64,000 nt of DNA, from the NCBI GenBank assembly GCA_044225365.1, contig JBGAIQ010000007.1:102329-166328 (forward strand), in the 5' to 3' direction. Shown piece by piece: positions 28,105 through 37,475 of this stretch (the stretch's first letter is position 1; the number at the start of each line of letters is the position of its first letter). Source of the DNA: Planctomycetota bacterium (lineage in GTDB: Bacteria > Planctomycetota > B15-G4 > JADJEK01). Position numbers and translations under genes: made by a program. The notes beneath the pieces are model-generated. The model was not told the origin of the DNA, did no database searches, and was given only the letters and a program-made list of their open reading frames with translations.

Positions 28105-30093
28105 TCACTTTCGATTGCGGAGGGAGTCGAGCTTCGCGTCGATCGATTTCACGTGGGCTTCGGCGCCCGGCATTCGCTTCGCGATGGCGAGAGCGCGTTC
28201 GAAGCAACGGATCGCGCTCTCGATCTCACCCGCCGCCTCCGCGATCCCACCGAGCCGCTCCCACGTCGTGAGGTCGGGAGGGGAGAGTTCGATCGCGCGG
28301 CGGATCGACTCGGTCGTGGCCGGACGATCACTTTGCTGGAGCGCGATCATCGCCCGCGCCGTCCAGGCGTCCGGGCGCGAGGCCCCCGCCCCGCGGACCA
28401 CCGAATCGATCTGGGTCCGAGCGTCCGGGAGATTCTTGACGATCTGGGCGAGCACGAGCGCCCACTTCACGCCGGCCTCGACGTTGTTCGGCTCCGTCTG
28501 CATTGCGACGACGAACTCCTGCTTCGCGAGATCGATGTCGCCGGGCTTGCCCCGACCGAGCAGCGTTTCCGCGAGCTTCACGCGGAGTCCGGCATCGCCG
28601 GTTCGCAGCACGATCGCCGTCTTGTATTCCTTGATCGCGCGTTCGAGCTGACCGATCCCGCGCAATGCGTCGCCGAGGAGTTCATGCGCCTCCGCGACTC
28701 CGGGATGCTGCTGATTGAACTCGTCGAGTGATCGAACCGCGCCGGGGCCATTGCCACTGACCAGCAGGTCGTTCGCGGCCGACAACTGCTCGACCTTCGC
28801 GATCCCGTCCTTCGGATCGTCACCGTGACCGATCTCGGTCGCACCGGCGAGATACCCGAACTGCTTCAACTCGGCCTTCGCCTCCGACGTCATCTGCGCC
28901 GTCGCGAACCGTCGCTCGCGCGTTCGTTCGTATTCGTCGAGCGCGCGCTTCTTCGAGTCGGCGTCCTTCCGCCGCGCGTCGAACAGGTTGCTCGCTTCCT
29001 TCGGATCGGCGAGCGGCTCGTAGAGCTCGGGCCTCGGCGCAGCGATCAGTTTCAGACCGCCCTCTTCGATCCCGCTGAGCGGCGCGAATCCGTAGAAGTA
29101 CTGCGTCGCCATCGACTCGAATCGGACGTCGCGCGGATCGACCTTGGCCTTGCCGCGCACGACATCGGCGAGCGACGCGCCGTACATCGATGCCTCGACC
29201 TTGGCGCCGCAGAGCTCGAGCAGCGTCGGCGCGATCGAGATCGTCGAGACCGTCCCATCGACGACCTGACCGGCCGTGACCCCTTTGCCGGCGAACAGGA
29301 GCGGGACGTGGATCGTCGTGTCGTAGACGAAGACGGTGTGCGTCGACTCGCCATGATCCCCGAGGCCCTCGCCGTGATCCGCGACGACGGCGATGAGAGA
29401 ATCGTCGCGACGCCCGGCCGCTGCGAGTCCCTCCAGGAACCGCCCCACGCAGGCGTCGACGTAGGCCATCTCGCCCTCGTACGCGGTCTTGAACTTCGTT
29501 CCGTACTCGATCGGCGCGACGTACGGGGCGTGCGCGTCGAAGAGGTGCACCCACAAGAACGCGGGCGCGTCGTGGATCTCTCTCAGCCAGAAGAGCGCGA
29601 GATCGACGGTCGTGCCGCCGCGACGCTGCTCGATCCCGATCTCGGGATCCTGGCCTTCGCGATCCTCGTAGCGATCGAACCCGCGATCGAGGCCGTGCCG
29701 GCGTTCGAGCACGGTCGACGATACGAAGGCAGCGGTGGCGTATCCGGCGTCGTGCAGGCTCGTCGCGAGTGTCGGCAAGTCCGACGGCAGTTGGCCGAGT
29801 CCATTGACGCGCAGGCCGTGCGCGATCGGATCGACGCCCGAGAGGATCGATGCGTGAGCGGGCAATGTATTCGGCGACACCGTGAGGCATCGCGCGAATC
29901 GCGCGCCGCTCTTCGCGAGTGCGTCGAGATTCGGCGTCACGGCGGGATCGCCGCCATAGCTGCCGATTCGGTCGCACCGATAGGTGTCGAGCGTGAACAG
30001 CACGACCGTGCGCGGCCCACGCGGCGCCTTCTGCTTCTCGCTGCAAGCGAAGCTCGCGAGCGCGAGGAAGCCCAGTGCGATCGTCGACCTCAT
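28105..30093 (-). CDS. sulfatase-like (alkaline phosphatase superfamily) lipoprotein with TPR tail
   Basis: TLDTYRCD, TPNLDALA, TLPAHASILSG, FDAHAPY, ADHGE; lipobox SFAC; TPRs. Confidence 0.88.
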   Translation of the reverse strand: MRSTIALGFLALASFACSEKQKAPRGPRTVVLFTLDTYRCDRIGSYGGDPAVTPNLDALAKSGARFARCLTVSPNTLPAHASILSGVDPIAHGLRVNGLGQLPSDLPTLATSLHDAGYATAAFVSSTVLERRHGLDRGFDRYEDREGQDPEIGIEQRRGGTTVDLALFWLREIHDAPAFLWVHLFDAHAPYVAPIEYGTKFKTAYEGEMAYVDACVGRFLEGLAAAGRRDDSLIAVVADHGEGLGDHGESTHTVFVYDTTIHVPLLFAGKGVTAGQVVDGTVSTISIAPTLLELCGAKVEASMYGASLADVVRGKAKVDPRDVRFESMATQYFYGFAPLSGIEEGGLKLIAAPRPELYEPLADPKEASNLFDARRKDADSKKRALDEYERTRERRFATAQMTSEAKAELKQFGYLAGATEIGHGDDPKDGIAKVEQLSAANDLLVSGNGPGAVRSLDEFNQQHPGVAEAHELLGDALRGIGQLERAIKEYKTAIVLRTGDAGLRVKLAETLLGRGKPGDIDLAKQEFVVAMQTEPNNVEAGVKWALVLAQIVKNLPDARTQIDSVVRGAGASRPDAWTARAMIALQQSDRPATTESIRRAIELSPPDLTTWERLGGIAEAAGEIESAIRCFERALAIAKRMPGAEAHVKSIDAKLDSLRNRK

Positions 30094-32027
30094 GATGTCT
30101 CCTGCATCGCCGACGGGGAGAGGAAGCGCTTCTCGCCGCGGCGTACCGTGAAACCTCTGGAATCGAGGAACTCGAGGAGCGGAATCAGGTACTTGCGGGT
30201 CGTCTTCAGTTCGTCGCGTAGTTTCGGGATGTCGATCTCACCGCTGGCGCTCGCGATCTTGCGGATCGCGGCACGCGCGGTTTCGATCGCGCTCGCGGCG
30301 AAATAGAACTCGGCGACCTTCGCCGCCTGTCTCTGATCGGCGAGAAGTTTGAGCAGTGCGAGCACGGCTTTCTCACCGAGGCCGAGTTCGACCGCGAACT
30401 CGGCGGGAGACGGCGGCGAGACGCCCTTGGTCTCGAGCGAGACACGGATCCTCTCGCACTGCGCGCGTTGCTCGTCCGAGAGGCGCGGACCGGCCCCTTC
30501 GAGTCGGACGCGTCCGCCCTTCTCGGTCGCGATCTTCTTCTCCTTCTCGAGCCCTGCCACCACCGCATCGAAGACGATCTCGTCGATCTTCAACTCGGTG
30601 CGCAAGCGCAGTGCGTCGTCGTGTGTCGCAAGTGGGTTCTTGGCGTGGAATGCGCGCAGGGACGTCAGGAGTCGATTGCCGATCGCCATGAATGCGTCGC
30701 CCGACAGGACCTTCTCGCGACCGAGCAAGCGCACGCGACCGCTCTCCACGAGCGACGCGAGTTCCCGCTCCGCGTCCTCCTCGAGCAGCGACAGAAGCGC
30801 GGGAACTTCGTCGAGGCCCGTCGGTTTCCCGCCGCGCTCGCGCAGCAACTGCTCGAAGTAGAGCACGCGATCGTCGAGTACTTTCGCCTTGGCGGAGGTC
30901 GCCTCCGCGGTCCACGCCCGCGGTCGCTGGAAGACCCGTCCCGAGGAACCGACCACCACGCCGCCGCCGAGCGTTACCATCGGCGTCTCGAGGCGGATCA
31001 GGAAACGATCGCCCGGCGCGGCGACGACCGAGTCCCGCAGGCGGAACTGCACGAGCGCCTGATCTCCGGGTGCGATCGCGGTCGTACCTTCGAGGAGCAC
31101 GAGCCTCGCGAGCACTTCGGCCGTGCCGAGGTGGAGCCTCACGTCCGTGCCGTGCTTCAACGGTCGATCGGCCGATGCGAGATAGCGGAGCTTCGCTTCG
31201 ATGCGTTGCGCCGGTTCGAAGTATCCCGGCGCCGCGGCGACCATGCCGCGCGACACGAGGTGATAGTCGATGTCGGAAAGATTGATCGCCGTCGAGTGCC
31301 CCGCCGAGGCCTCGTCGCGATCCTCGAGATAGGCCTGGATGCCGCGCACCTTGCCGCTCGCGTGCAGCGGAAGGATCTCGATCGTATCTCCGATCGTGAC
31401 CGCGCCGCTGATCGGAACGCCCGTCACGACGGTGCCCTGTCCCTTCGCCGAGAAGACGCGCTGGATCGGCATGCGGAATACTCCCCCCGTCGCACGCGGC
31501 GGAGTCGATTCGACGAGACGGTCGAGCTCGGCGCGCAATTCCGGGATCCCTTCCCCCGTCGTCGCCGACACCGCGATCTTCTTCGCGTTCTCGAACGGAG
31601 TGCCTGTCAGGTAGTCCGCGATGTCGGCGATCGCGAGTTCGCGCAGCTCGGGATCGACGAGATCGATCTTGCTCACGACGACCACGCCGAAGCGAGCGCC
31701 AAGGAGATCGAGGATCTCGACGTGCTCCCTCGTCTGCGGCATCACCCCGTCATCGGCGGCGACGACGAGTACGAAGATGTCGACCGAGCTCGCGCCGGCC
31801 ACCATGTTCTTCACGAAACGCTCGTGGCCGGGCACGTCGATGATGCCGACCTTGCGGCCGCTCGCCGTTCGATACGGAGCGAATCCGAGATCGATCGTCA
31901 TCCCGCGAGCTTTTTCTTCCTTCAGGCGATCGGGATCGATGCCCGTGAGAGTTCGCACGAGGGTCGACTTGCCGTGATCGATGTGACCCGCCGTCCCGAT
32001 GATGACGCGGTGGATCGAGGACGACAT
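30090..32027 (-). CDS. selB: selenocysteine-specific translation elongation factor
   Basis: GTAGHIDHGKST, RGMTIDLGFA, DVPGHERFVKNMVAG; C-terminal winged helix TTRKYLIPLLEFLD. Confidence 0.93.
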   Translation of the reverse strand: MSSSIHRVIIGTAGHIDHGKSTLVRTLTGIDPDRLKEEKARGMTIDLGFAPYRTASGRKVGIIDVPGHERFVKNMVAGASSVDIFVLVVAADDGVMPQTREHVEILDLLGARFGVVVVSKIDLVDPELRELAIADIADYLTGTPFENAKKIAVSATTGEGIPELRAELDRLVESTPPRATGGVFRMPIQRVFSAKGQGTVVTGVPISGAVTIGDTIEILPLHASGKVRGIQAYLEDRDEASAGHSTAINLSDIDYHLVSRGMVAAAPGYFEPAQRIEAKLRYLASADRPLKHGTDVRLHLGTAEVLARLVLLEGTTAIAPGDQALVQFRLRDSVVAAPGDRFLIRLETPMVTLGGGVVVGSSGRVFQRPRAWTAEATSAKAKVLDDRVLYFEQLLRERGGKPTGLDEVPALLSLLEEDAERELASLVESGRVRLLGREKVLSGDAFMAIGNRLLTSLRAFHAKNPLATHDDALRLRTELKIDEIVFDAVVAGLEKEKKIATEKGGRVRLEGAGPRLSDEQRAQCERIRVSLETKGVSPPSPAEFAVELGLGEKAVLALLKLLADQRQAAKVAEFYFAASAIETARAAIRKIASASGEIDIPKLRDELKTTRKYLIPLLEFLDSRGFTVRRGEKRFLSPSAMQETS

Positions 32028-32036
32028 GCGCAGGGC

Positions 32037-32795
32037 TCAGACGTAGGGGATCGCGGCCGTGGAGTAGAGATACCGCTGACAGCTCTTGCATTGGATGAGG
32101 ACGCTCGCGCCGACGAGCTTCTGCACCTCGTTCGGAGTACAGAGCACCCCGCAGCCGGAGCACGATCGCCCGTCGAGGGGATTCACCGCGACGCCTCGCG
32201 CCCCGCGGATCTTCTCGTAGTTCTCCGCGATATCGGGCGGAACCTGCGCGAGAAGATCCCGTCGCTTGCCGTCGGTCGCGGCGATCTCGCGCCGCGCCTC
32301 CTCGGAATCACGAGTGCACACCTCCGAGTAACTCTTGAACTCGGCTTCGGCCGTCACGACGGCGGCCTTTGCGGTCGCGAGAGCTTTTTCGGCTTCGGTG
32401 ATTCGCTCGTAGTTCACGAGTCCGGCGTCCTCTTCCTTCGACACCTCGACGCGCAGCTTCTGGATGTGCTGCAGCAACGCCTGGTATTCCTGGTTCGTCT
32501 TCGCGGTGTTCTGCTGCAGCTCGAGCTTCTGGATGTTCGCGGCCTTCGACTTCAGTTCGAGTTCGACGGTGGCCGCCGCCTTCTTCGCCTGGATCAGCGC
32601 GTCTTCGCACGCCTTCTGTTTGAGGCGGAATCGTTCGACGTCCTTCTCACGCGTCTTCACGACCTCTTCCGCAGTCGCGATCATGTTGGCGTTCTTGTCG
32701 CGTCCCGCGTCGAGCGTCTGCAGCTTGACGAGAACCTGGAGGATTTGTTTCGGGGTCTTTGGAGCGGTGGGTGTCTCTGGCGATTCGGTCGTCAT
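32037..32795 (-). CDS. coiled-coil protein with C4 zinc ribbon (CT398/HP0958-like)
   Basis: LVKLQTLD start, long coiled coil, CSGC...CKSCQRYLY. Confidence 0.88.
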   Translation of the reverse strand: MTTESPETPTAPKTPKQILQVLVKLQTLDAGRDKNANMIATAEEVVKTREKDVERFRLKQKACEDALIQAKKAAATVELELKSKAANIQKLELQQNTAKTNQEYQALLQHIQKLRVEVSKEEDAGLVNYERITEAEKALATAKAAVVTAEAEFKSYSEVCTRDSEEARREIAATDGKRRDLLAQVPPDIAENYEKIRGARGVAVNPLDGRSCSGCGVLCTPNEVQKLVGASVLIQCKSCQRYLYSTAAIPYV

Positions 32796-32881
32796 GTCCC
32801 CCTATCCTGCATCAGGAAGGGTCGCAGAGGAAGCCGCGAATGAGGGAGTTGGCGGTTTTCCGAGACGCGACGAACGACTCC

Positions 32882-32910
32882 TTGGCGTTCGAATCGCGGG
32901 AAGCTACTCT
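32882..32910 (+). promoter_or_regulatory. putative sigma70 promoter of TAG-interrupted gene
   Basis: TTGGCG-N17-TACTCT. Confidence 0.5.
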
Positions 32911-33017
32911 GACGTCCGAGCGGCGCGGTGATGGTCTCGAGGTGCGACGGCAAAGGTCCGTGCACAGCCGGGTCGTCGCCGTTGGACCATCTTCTCGTGC
33001 TTCGAGGAATGGCTCCC

Positions 33018-33422
33018 ATGCTTTCGACTCGTCGCTTCATCGCTTGCCTCGCCGTGCTCGCGTCCTTCGGCGCACTCCCCCTACCCGATTGCCTCAGCCA
33101 AGCCTGCTACGCTCAGAGTTCGCTGAAGCAGAGCTTCCACGTCCGCGAGAACAAGCCGGACGAAGATCACAGCAAGCGGATCGATGTCGAGGGCGCGAAG
33201 AAGATCATCATCACCAACAATGGCCCGGGAATCCTCCGCGCGTACGCCATCTACGATTAGGGCGGCAACGTCTCGGAGACGTACTTCCTGCTCCCGGGCG
33301 AATCGTCGCCGCCGATCGTGACGGCCGACGGCTCGGACTTCGCCTCCGTCTACGTCGAGTGCATCCCCGATCACGACGACACGACCGACACGTTCGTGGA
33401 CGGGACGGTCGAGGACTGGTGA
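33018..33422 (+). pseudogene. secreted small beta-sandwich-like protein interrupted by in-frame TAG at 33258-33260 (pseudogene, sequence error or recoded)
   Basis: GAGGA SD, signal peptide; frame continues 53 GC3-rich codons past TAG (GGNVSETYFLLPGES...TVEDW) to TGA 33420-33422. Confidence 0.65.
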
Positions 33423-33551
33423 TCTCGCGGCGCCTCCCGCGATCTCGCCACGGGGGCTCGCGCGTCCGACGCGGGCCCCCGATCCCGACGAGCACGACGA
33501 CCGCAGGCGAACACACTTGGTCTCGCTCTCACGACGTGCTGGAATCGCGCC

Positions 33552-36365
33552 ATGGCCAAGAAATCCAGTCCGGGCGACTCAACGTCGCGGCAGCAGACGT
33601 TCGACGACATCGTGGACCCCGCGAAGGTGGTCGAGCCCTCGCGCCCGGGGCGCGGGCGCAAGGGGCGCGTCTTCCTACTCGATGGGACCGCGCTCGCCTA
33701 CCGCGCGCACTTCGCGCTCATCCGCCAGCCGCTCACGACTTCGAAGGGGCAGAACATCTCCGCCCTCTTCGTGTTCGCGAACACGCTCTTTCGAATCCTC
33801 GAGAAGGAGCATCCCGAGTATCTCGCGGTGGCGTTCGATCCGAAGGGTCCCACGTTTCGCCACGAGCAGTACGAACCGTACAAGGCGACGCGCGACAAGA
33901 CGCCCGACGAGCTGATCGCGATGTTCCCTGCCCTTCGCGACCTGGTCGTCGGCTTCAACGCCCCGATCCTGGAGATTCCGGGATACGAGGCGGACGACGT
34001 CATCGCGACCGTGGCGCAGGACGCCGCGCGGCAGGGTCACGACGTGTTCATCGTGACGGGCGACAAGGATTTCCTCCAGATCGTCTCGCCGCACATCAAG
34101 CTCTACAACATCCTGAAGCCGAACGTGGACGTCGAGATCCAGGGCGAGGAAGCCGCTCGCGAGAAGTTCGGAGTCACTCCGGATCACGTGATCGACGTGC
34201 TCGCGCTCATGGGCGATTCGAGCGACAACGTCCCGGGCGTCGAGGGCATCGGCCCGAAGACCGCGATGGAGTTGATCCAGCGCTTCGGCAGCGTCGAGGC
34301 GCTCTACGAGAATCTCGCCGGCGTCGAACGCGCCGCAGTGCGTGCGAAGCTGGAGAAGGGCAAGGACAGCGCATTCCTCTCCAAGAAACTGGTCACGTTC
34401 GCGCTCGACGCGCCGGCGAAGTTCGATGCCGACCTCTTCACCTACCGCGGTCCCGATGCGACCAAGCTCCTGCCCTTGTTCAAGGACCACGAGCTGAACT
34501 CGCTCGCGAAGCGGATCAGCGTCGATCAGGCGCACGACGATCATCGCTACGTGATCGTGTGCGACGAGGAGACGCTCGCTGAATTCACGAAGGAACTCGA
34601 CGCAGCGACCGAGTTCGTGTTCGACACGGAGACGATGGGGCTGAACGCACTCGAGGTCGGCGTCGTCGGCATCTCGATCTCGTTCAAGGATCGCGAGGCG
34701 TACTACCTGCCGTGCAATCTGCGAGACCCGCCGCTCAGCAACGGCCACGACCCCGCGCGCGATCGATTCCTCGCCTTGCTGAAACCAAAGCTCGCGGACC
34801 CGAAGATCAAGAAACGCGGTCAGAACTCGAAATACGACTGTCTCGTGCTCCGCAAGTACGGCATCGAGGTGAACGGCCTCGACTTCGACACGATGGTCGC
34901 GTCGTACTGCGTCTCACCCGGCGAGATGCAGCACAACCTCGACTACCTCTCGCTCAAGTATCTGAACTTCCGGAAGATCCCCACCACCGATCTCATCGGC
35001 ACCGGACGCGATCAGAAGACGATGGACCAGGTGCCGATCGACGTCGTCGGCAACTATGCGTGCGAGGACGTCGACTGCACGCGTCGCCTCGTGCCTCTCC
35101 TCGACAAGGAGATGGAAGCCGCGGGCGTGAAGCACCTCTTCGAGACCGTCGAGATGCCACTCGTGAAGGTCCTCGAGGAGATCGAGGCCGCCGGTGTTCG
35201 AGTCGACGTCGATGTCCTCAAGAAGCTCTCGAAGGAGTTCGAGGGCCGCATCGAGACGCTGACGACGCAGATCTACGAACTCGCGGGTGAGAGTTTCAAC
35301 ATCAACTCGCCGAAGCAGCTCGGGCAGATCCTGTTCGAGAAGCTCGAAGTCCACAAGCAGGTCGGATTGAAGAAGGTGCGCCGCACGCAGACCGGCTGGT
35401 CGACCGATGCTTCGGTCCTGGAATCGCTCGCGCAGCATCCGATCGCGGCGCGCATCCTCGCCTATCGCAGCCTCGTGAAGTTGAAGGGCACGTACGTCGA
35501 CTCGCTGCCCGAGCTCGTCGATCCGTTCACGGGCCGCATCCACACGTCGTTCAATCAGGCCGTCGCGGCCACCGGGCGCCTCTCATCGTCCGATCCGAAT
35601 CTGCAGAACATTCCGATCCGCACCGAGGAAGGTCAGAAGATTCGCACGGCGTTCGTGGCGAAGGACGCGGACTCGGTGCTGCTCTCCGCCGACTACAGCC
35701 AGGTCGAATTGCGCATCCTCGCGCATCTCTCGAAGGACGAGAATCTGCGCGCGGCGTTCTCGGCGGGCAAGGACATCCATCGCTGGACGGCGGGACTCAT
35801 CTTCAAGATTCCCGCCGACGAGGTCTCTTCCGAGTTGCGATCGCGCGCGAAGGCGATCAACTTCGGCGTGATCTACGGCATGGGCGCGCAGCGACTCGGC
35901 GCGGAGACGGGGATGTCGCAGAAGGAAGCCCAGGGCTTCATCGACGCGTACTTCGAGACCTTCTCCGGCGTGAAGCGATACATCGACGAGACGCTCGTGA
36001 ACGCTCGCCGCGATGGCTACGTCACCACCCTGCTCGGTCGCCGCCGCTACATCACCGAGCTCGACTCCGAGCATCCCCGCGTCGCGGCGCAGGCCCGGAA
36101 CGTCGCGATCAACACCCCGATCCAGGGCACCGCCGCGGATCTCATCAAGGTGGCGATGATCAAGATCCACGAACGATTGCGCGAGAAGCGGCTCGCGACA
36201 CAGATGATCCTGCAGGTCCACGACGAACTCGTATTCGACGTTCCGAAGAACGAGCTACCGATCGTCGAGCCTCTCGTGAAGGACACGATGGAGCACGCGA
36301 TCGAGTCCGACGTCCCCTTGCTCGTCGAACTCGGCGTCGGCAAGAATTGGCTCGAAGCGCATTGA
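33552..36365 (+). CDS. polA: DNA polymerase I
   Basis: LLDGTALAYRAHF 5'-exo, FDTET 3'-exo, TGRLSSSDPNLQNIP, ADYSQVELR, KAINFGVIYG, QVHDEL. Confidence 0.98.
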   Translation: MAKKSSPGDSTSRQQTFDDIVDPAKVVEPSRPGRGRKGRVFLLDGTALAYRAHFALIRQPLTTSKGQNISALFVFANTLFRILEKEHPEYLAVAFDPKGPTFRHEQYEPYKATRDKTPDELIAMFPALRDLVVGFNAPILEIPGYEADDVIATVAQDAARQGHDVFIVTGDKDFLQIVSPHIKLYNILKPNVDVEIQGEEAAREKFGVTPDHVIDVLALMGDSSDNVPGVEGIGPKTAMELIQRFGSVEALYENLAGVERAAVRAKLEKGKDSAFLSKKLVTFALDAPAKFDADLFTYRGPDATKLLPLFKDHELNSLAKRISVDQAHDDHRYVIVCDEETLAEFTKELDAATEFVFDTETMGLNALEVGVVGISISFKDREAYYLPCNLRDPPLSNGHDPARDRFLALLKPKLADPKIKKRGQNSKYDCLVLRKYGIEVNGLDFDTMVASYCVSPGEMQHNLDYLSLKYLNFRKIPTTDLIGTGRDQKTMDQVPIDVVGNYACEDVDCTRRLVPLLDKEMEAAGVKHLFETVEMPLVKVLEEIEAAGVRVDVDVLKKLSKEFEGRIETLTTQIYELAGESFNINSPKQLGQILFEKLEVHKQVGLKKVRRTQTGWSTDASVLESLAQHPIAARILAYRSLVKLKGTYVDSLPELVDPFTGRIHTSFNQAVAATGRLSSSDPNLQNIPIRTEEGQKIRTAFVAKDADSVLLSADYSQVELRILAHLSKDENLRAAFSAGKDIHRWTAGLIFKIPADEVSSELRSRAKAINFGVIYGMGAQRLGAETGMSQKEAQGFIDAYFETFSGVKRYIDETLVNARRDGYVTTLLGRRRYITELDSEHPRVAAQARNVAINTPIQGTAADLIKVAMIKIHERLREKRLATQMILQVHDELVFDVPKNELPIVEPLVKDTMEHAIESDVPLLVELGVGKNWLEAH

Positions 36366-36382
36366 CGGGCGTGCCGGCGCGA

Positions 36383-37462
36383 CTACGGGGTCGATCGGTC
36401 GATGCGTTGACCGGCGAGGAACACGTCGCGGAGTGTGAGACCGTTCGGTGCTTCTTTCAGTAACAAGAGGTCGGCCGGCGCGCTAACGACGAGATCGCGA
36501 GGACCGTCCATCCTTCCGAGACCGAACACCCGCGCCGGCGCGAACGCAGCTCGATCGAACACCGTCGCGAGATCGACCGCCTGCGTGGACGCGAGCGCGA
36601 GCAGGACTTCGAAATATTCCCTCACGGGCGTGAGCGGCGACATTCCATCCCCCGCGTCGCGACCGGAGGCGATGCAATCGATCGTTCCGTCGACGATTGC
36701 TTCGACGAGCCGCTCGCGGTCGATCGAACGCGAGTCCTCTTCCGCGAGTCCCATCGACTTCAACCGAGACGCGAGAACGCTCGCGGTGATCGGAATTCCC
36801 GCGGCCTTCGCTTCGGCGATGAGATCGACGGCCCCCGCGGTGGAAACCGCGTGAAAGTGCAGGTGCGTCCCGCGATCCGCGGCGAGGTCGATGAGCCGTT
36901 GCGTCGCGTCGATTTCGAGTGCCGCCGAGTTCGATGTCCGCGACGTCGTCCATTCGGACGGCGTCACGATCACGCAGCGTCGCCGTCCGAATTCTCGCGC
37001 CACGCGCGCGAGTGCGACGGACAGATCGACCCACGACAGTGCGACCGCTCTCTGGATGCCGGGTCCCAGCGCGCGCAGGGCGACCGCGCGTTCCTCGAGT
37101 TTCGTCGCCCGTACGGAAAGGGAAGTCACGAACGCACCGCGAGGAGCGAGCGAGTCCATCACGAGTTTGGCGACGTCGAGCTCGAGCGCGTCGGGGAGGT
37201 GGAGTCCGAGGGTCGTGACACCGGCGCGGAGGAACGCCGCGCTCTCGCGCCGAACGGATTCGGGCGTGCCACCGAGCGTCACGGGAATGTCGACGAGGCC
37301 CGGTACGAGCCAGCCGCCGTCCGCCACGATCTCGGTCCGTGCTTCGCCTTCGACCGTGGGCGCGATGGCGGCGATCTCGCCCGCCACGATGCCGACATCC
37401 CGCCGCGTGCCGTTCAGCAGCTTCGCGCCGCGGATCCGCAGGTCGAACACGCTCCGCTCCAT
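36383..37462 (-). CDS. degenerate dihydroorotase/amidohydrolase-like protein
   Basis: LVPGLVD, ESAAFLRAGVTT, HLHFHAVST, DGTIDCIAS, PARVFGL, PADLLL scaffold; HxH replaced by PVT, catalytic Asp region SGRD. Confidence 0.75.
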   Translation of the reverse strand: MERSVFDLRIRGAKLLNGTRRDVGIVAGEIAAIAPTVEGEARTEIVADGGWLVPGLVDIPVTLGGTPESVRRESAAFLRAGVTTLGLHLPDALELDVAKLVMDSLAPRGAFVTSLSVRATKLEERAVALRALGPGIQRAVALSWVDLSVALARVAREFGRRRCVIVTPSEWTTSRTSNSAALEIDATQRLIDLAADRGTHLHFHAVSTAGAVDLIAEAKAAGIPITASVLASRLKSMGLAEEDSRSIDRERLVEAIVDGTIDCIASGRDAGDGMSPLTPVREYFEVLLALASTQAVDLATVFDRAAFAPARVFGLGRMDGPRDLVVSAPADLLLLKEAPNGLTLRDVFLAGQRIDRSTP

Positions 37463-37475
37463 TGCGCTCTCGCGA

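Noticed and set aside
32944-32980. GGCAAA...ACAGCCGGGT resemblance to c-di-GMP-I riboswitch
   Set aside because: Lacks the GAAA tetraloop stem and GCAAA receptor; too short.
32037-33017. RNase P RNA or tRNA-Sec expected near zinc-ribbon gene and selB
   Set aside because: No GAGGAAAGTCC signature or tRNA cloverleaf found; the gap is too short for rnpB.
33420-33554. TGA of the small gene is in frame with polA with no stop between, and hairpins follow (possible Sec read-through fusion)
   Set aside because: Intervening 43 codons lack coding bias; hairpin spacing (about 8 and 42 nt) is outside usual bacterial SECIS range; a secreted-domain-PolA fusion is implausible.
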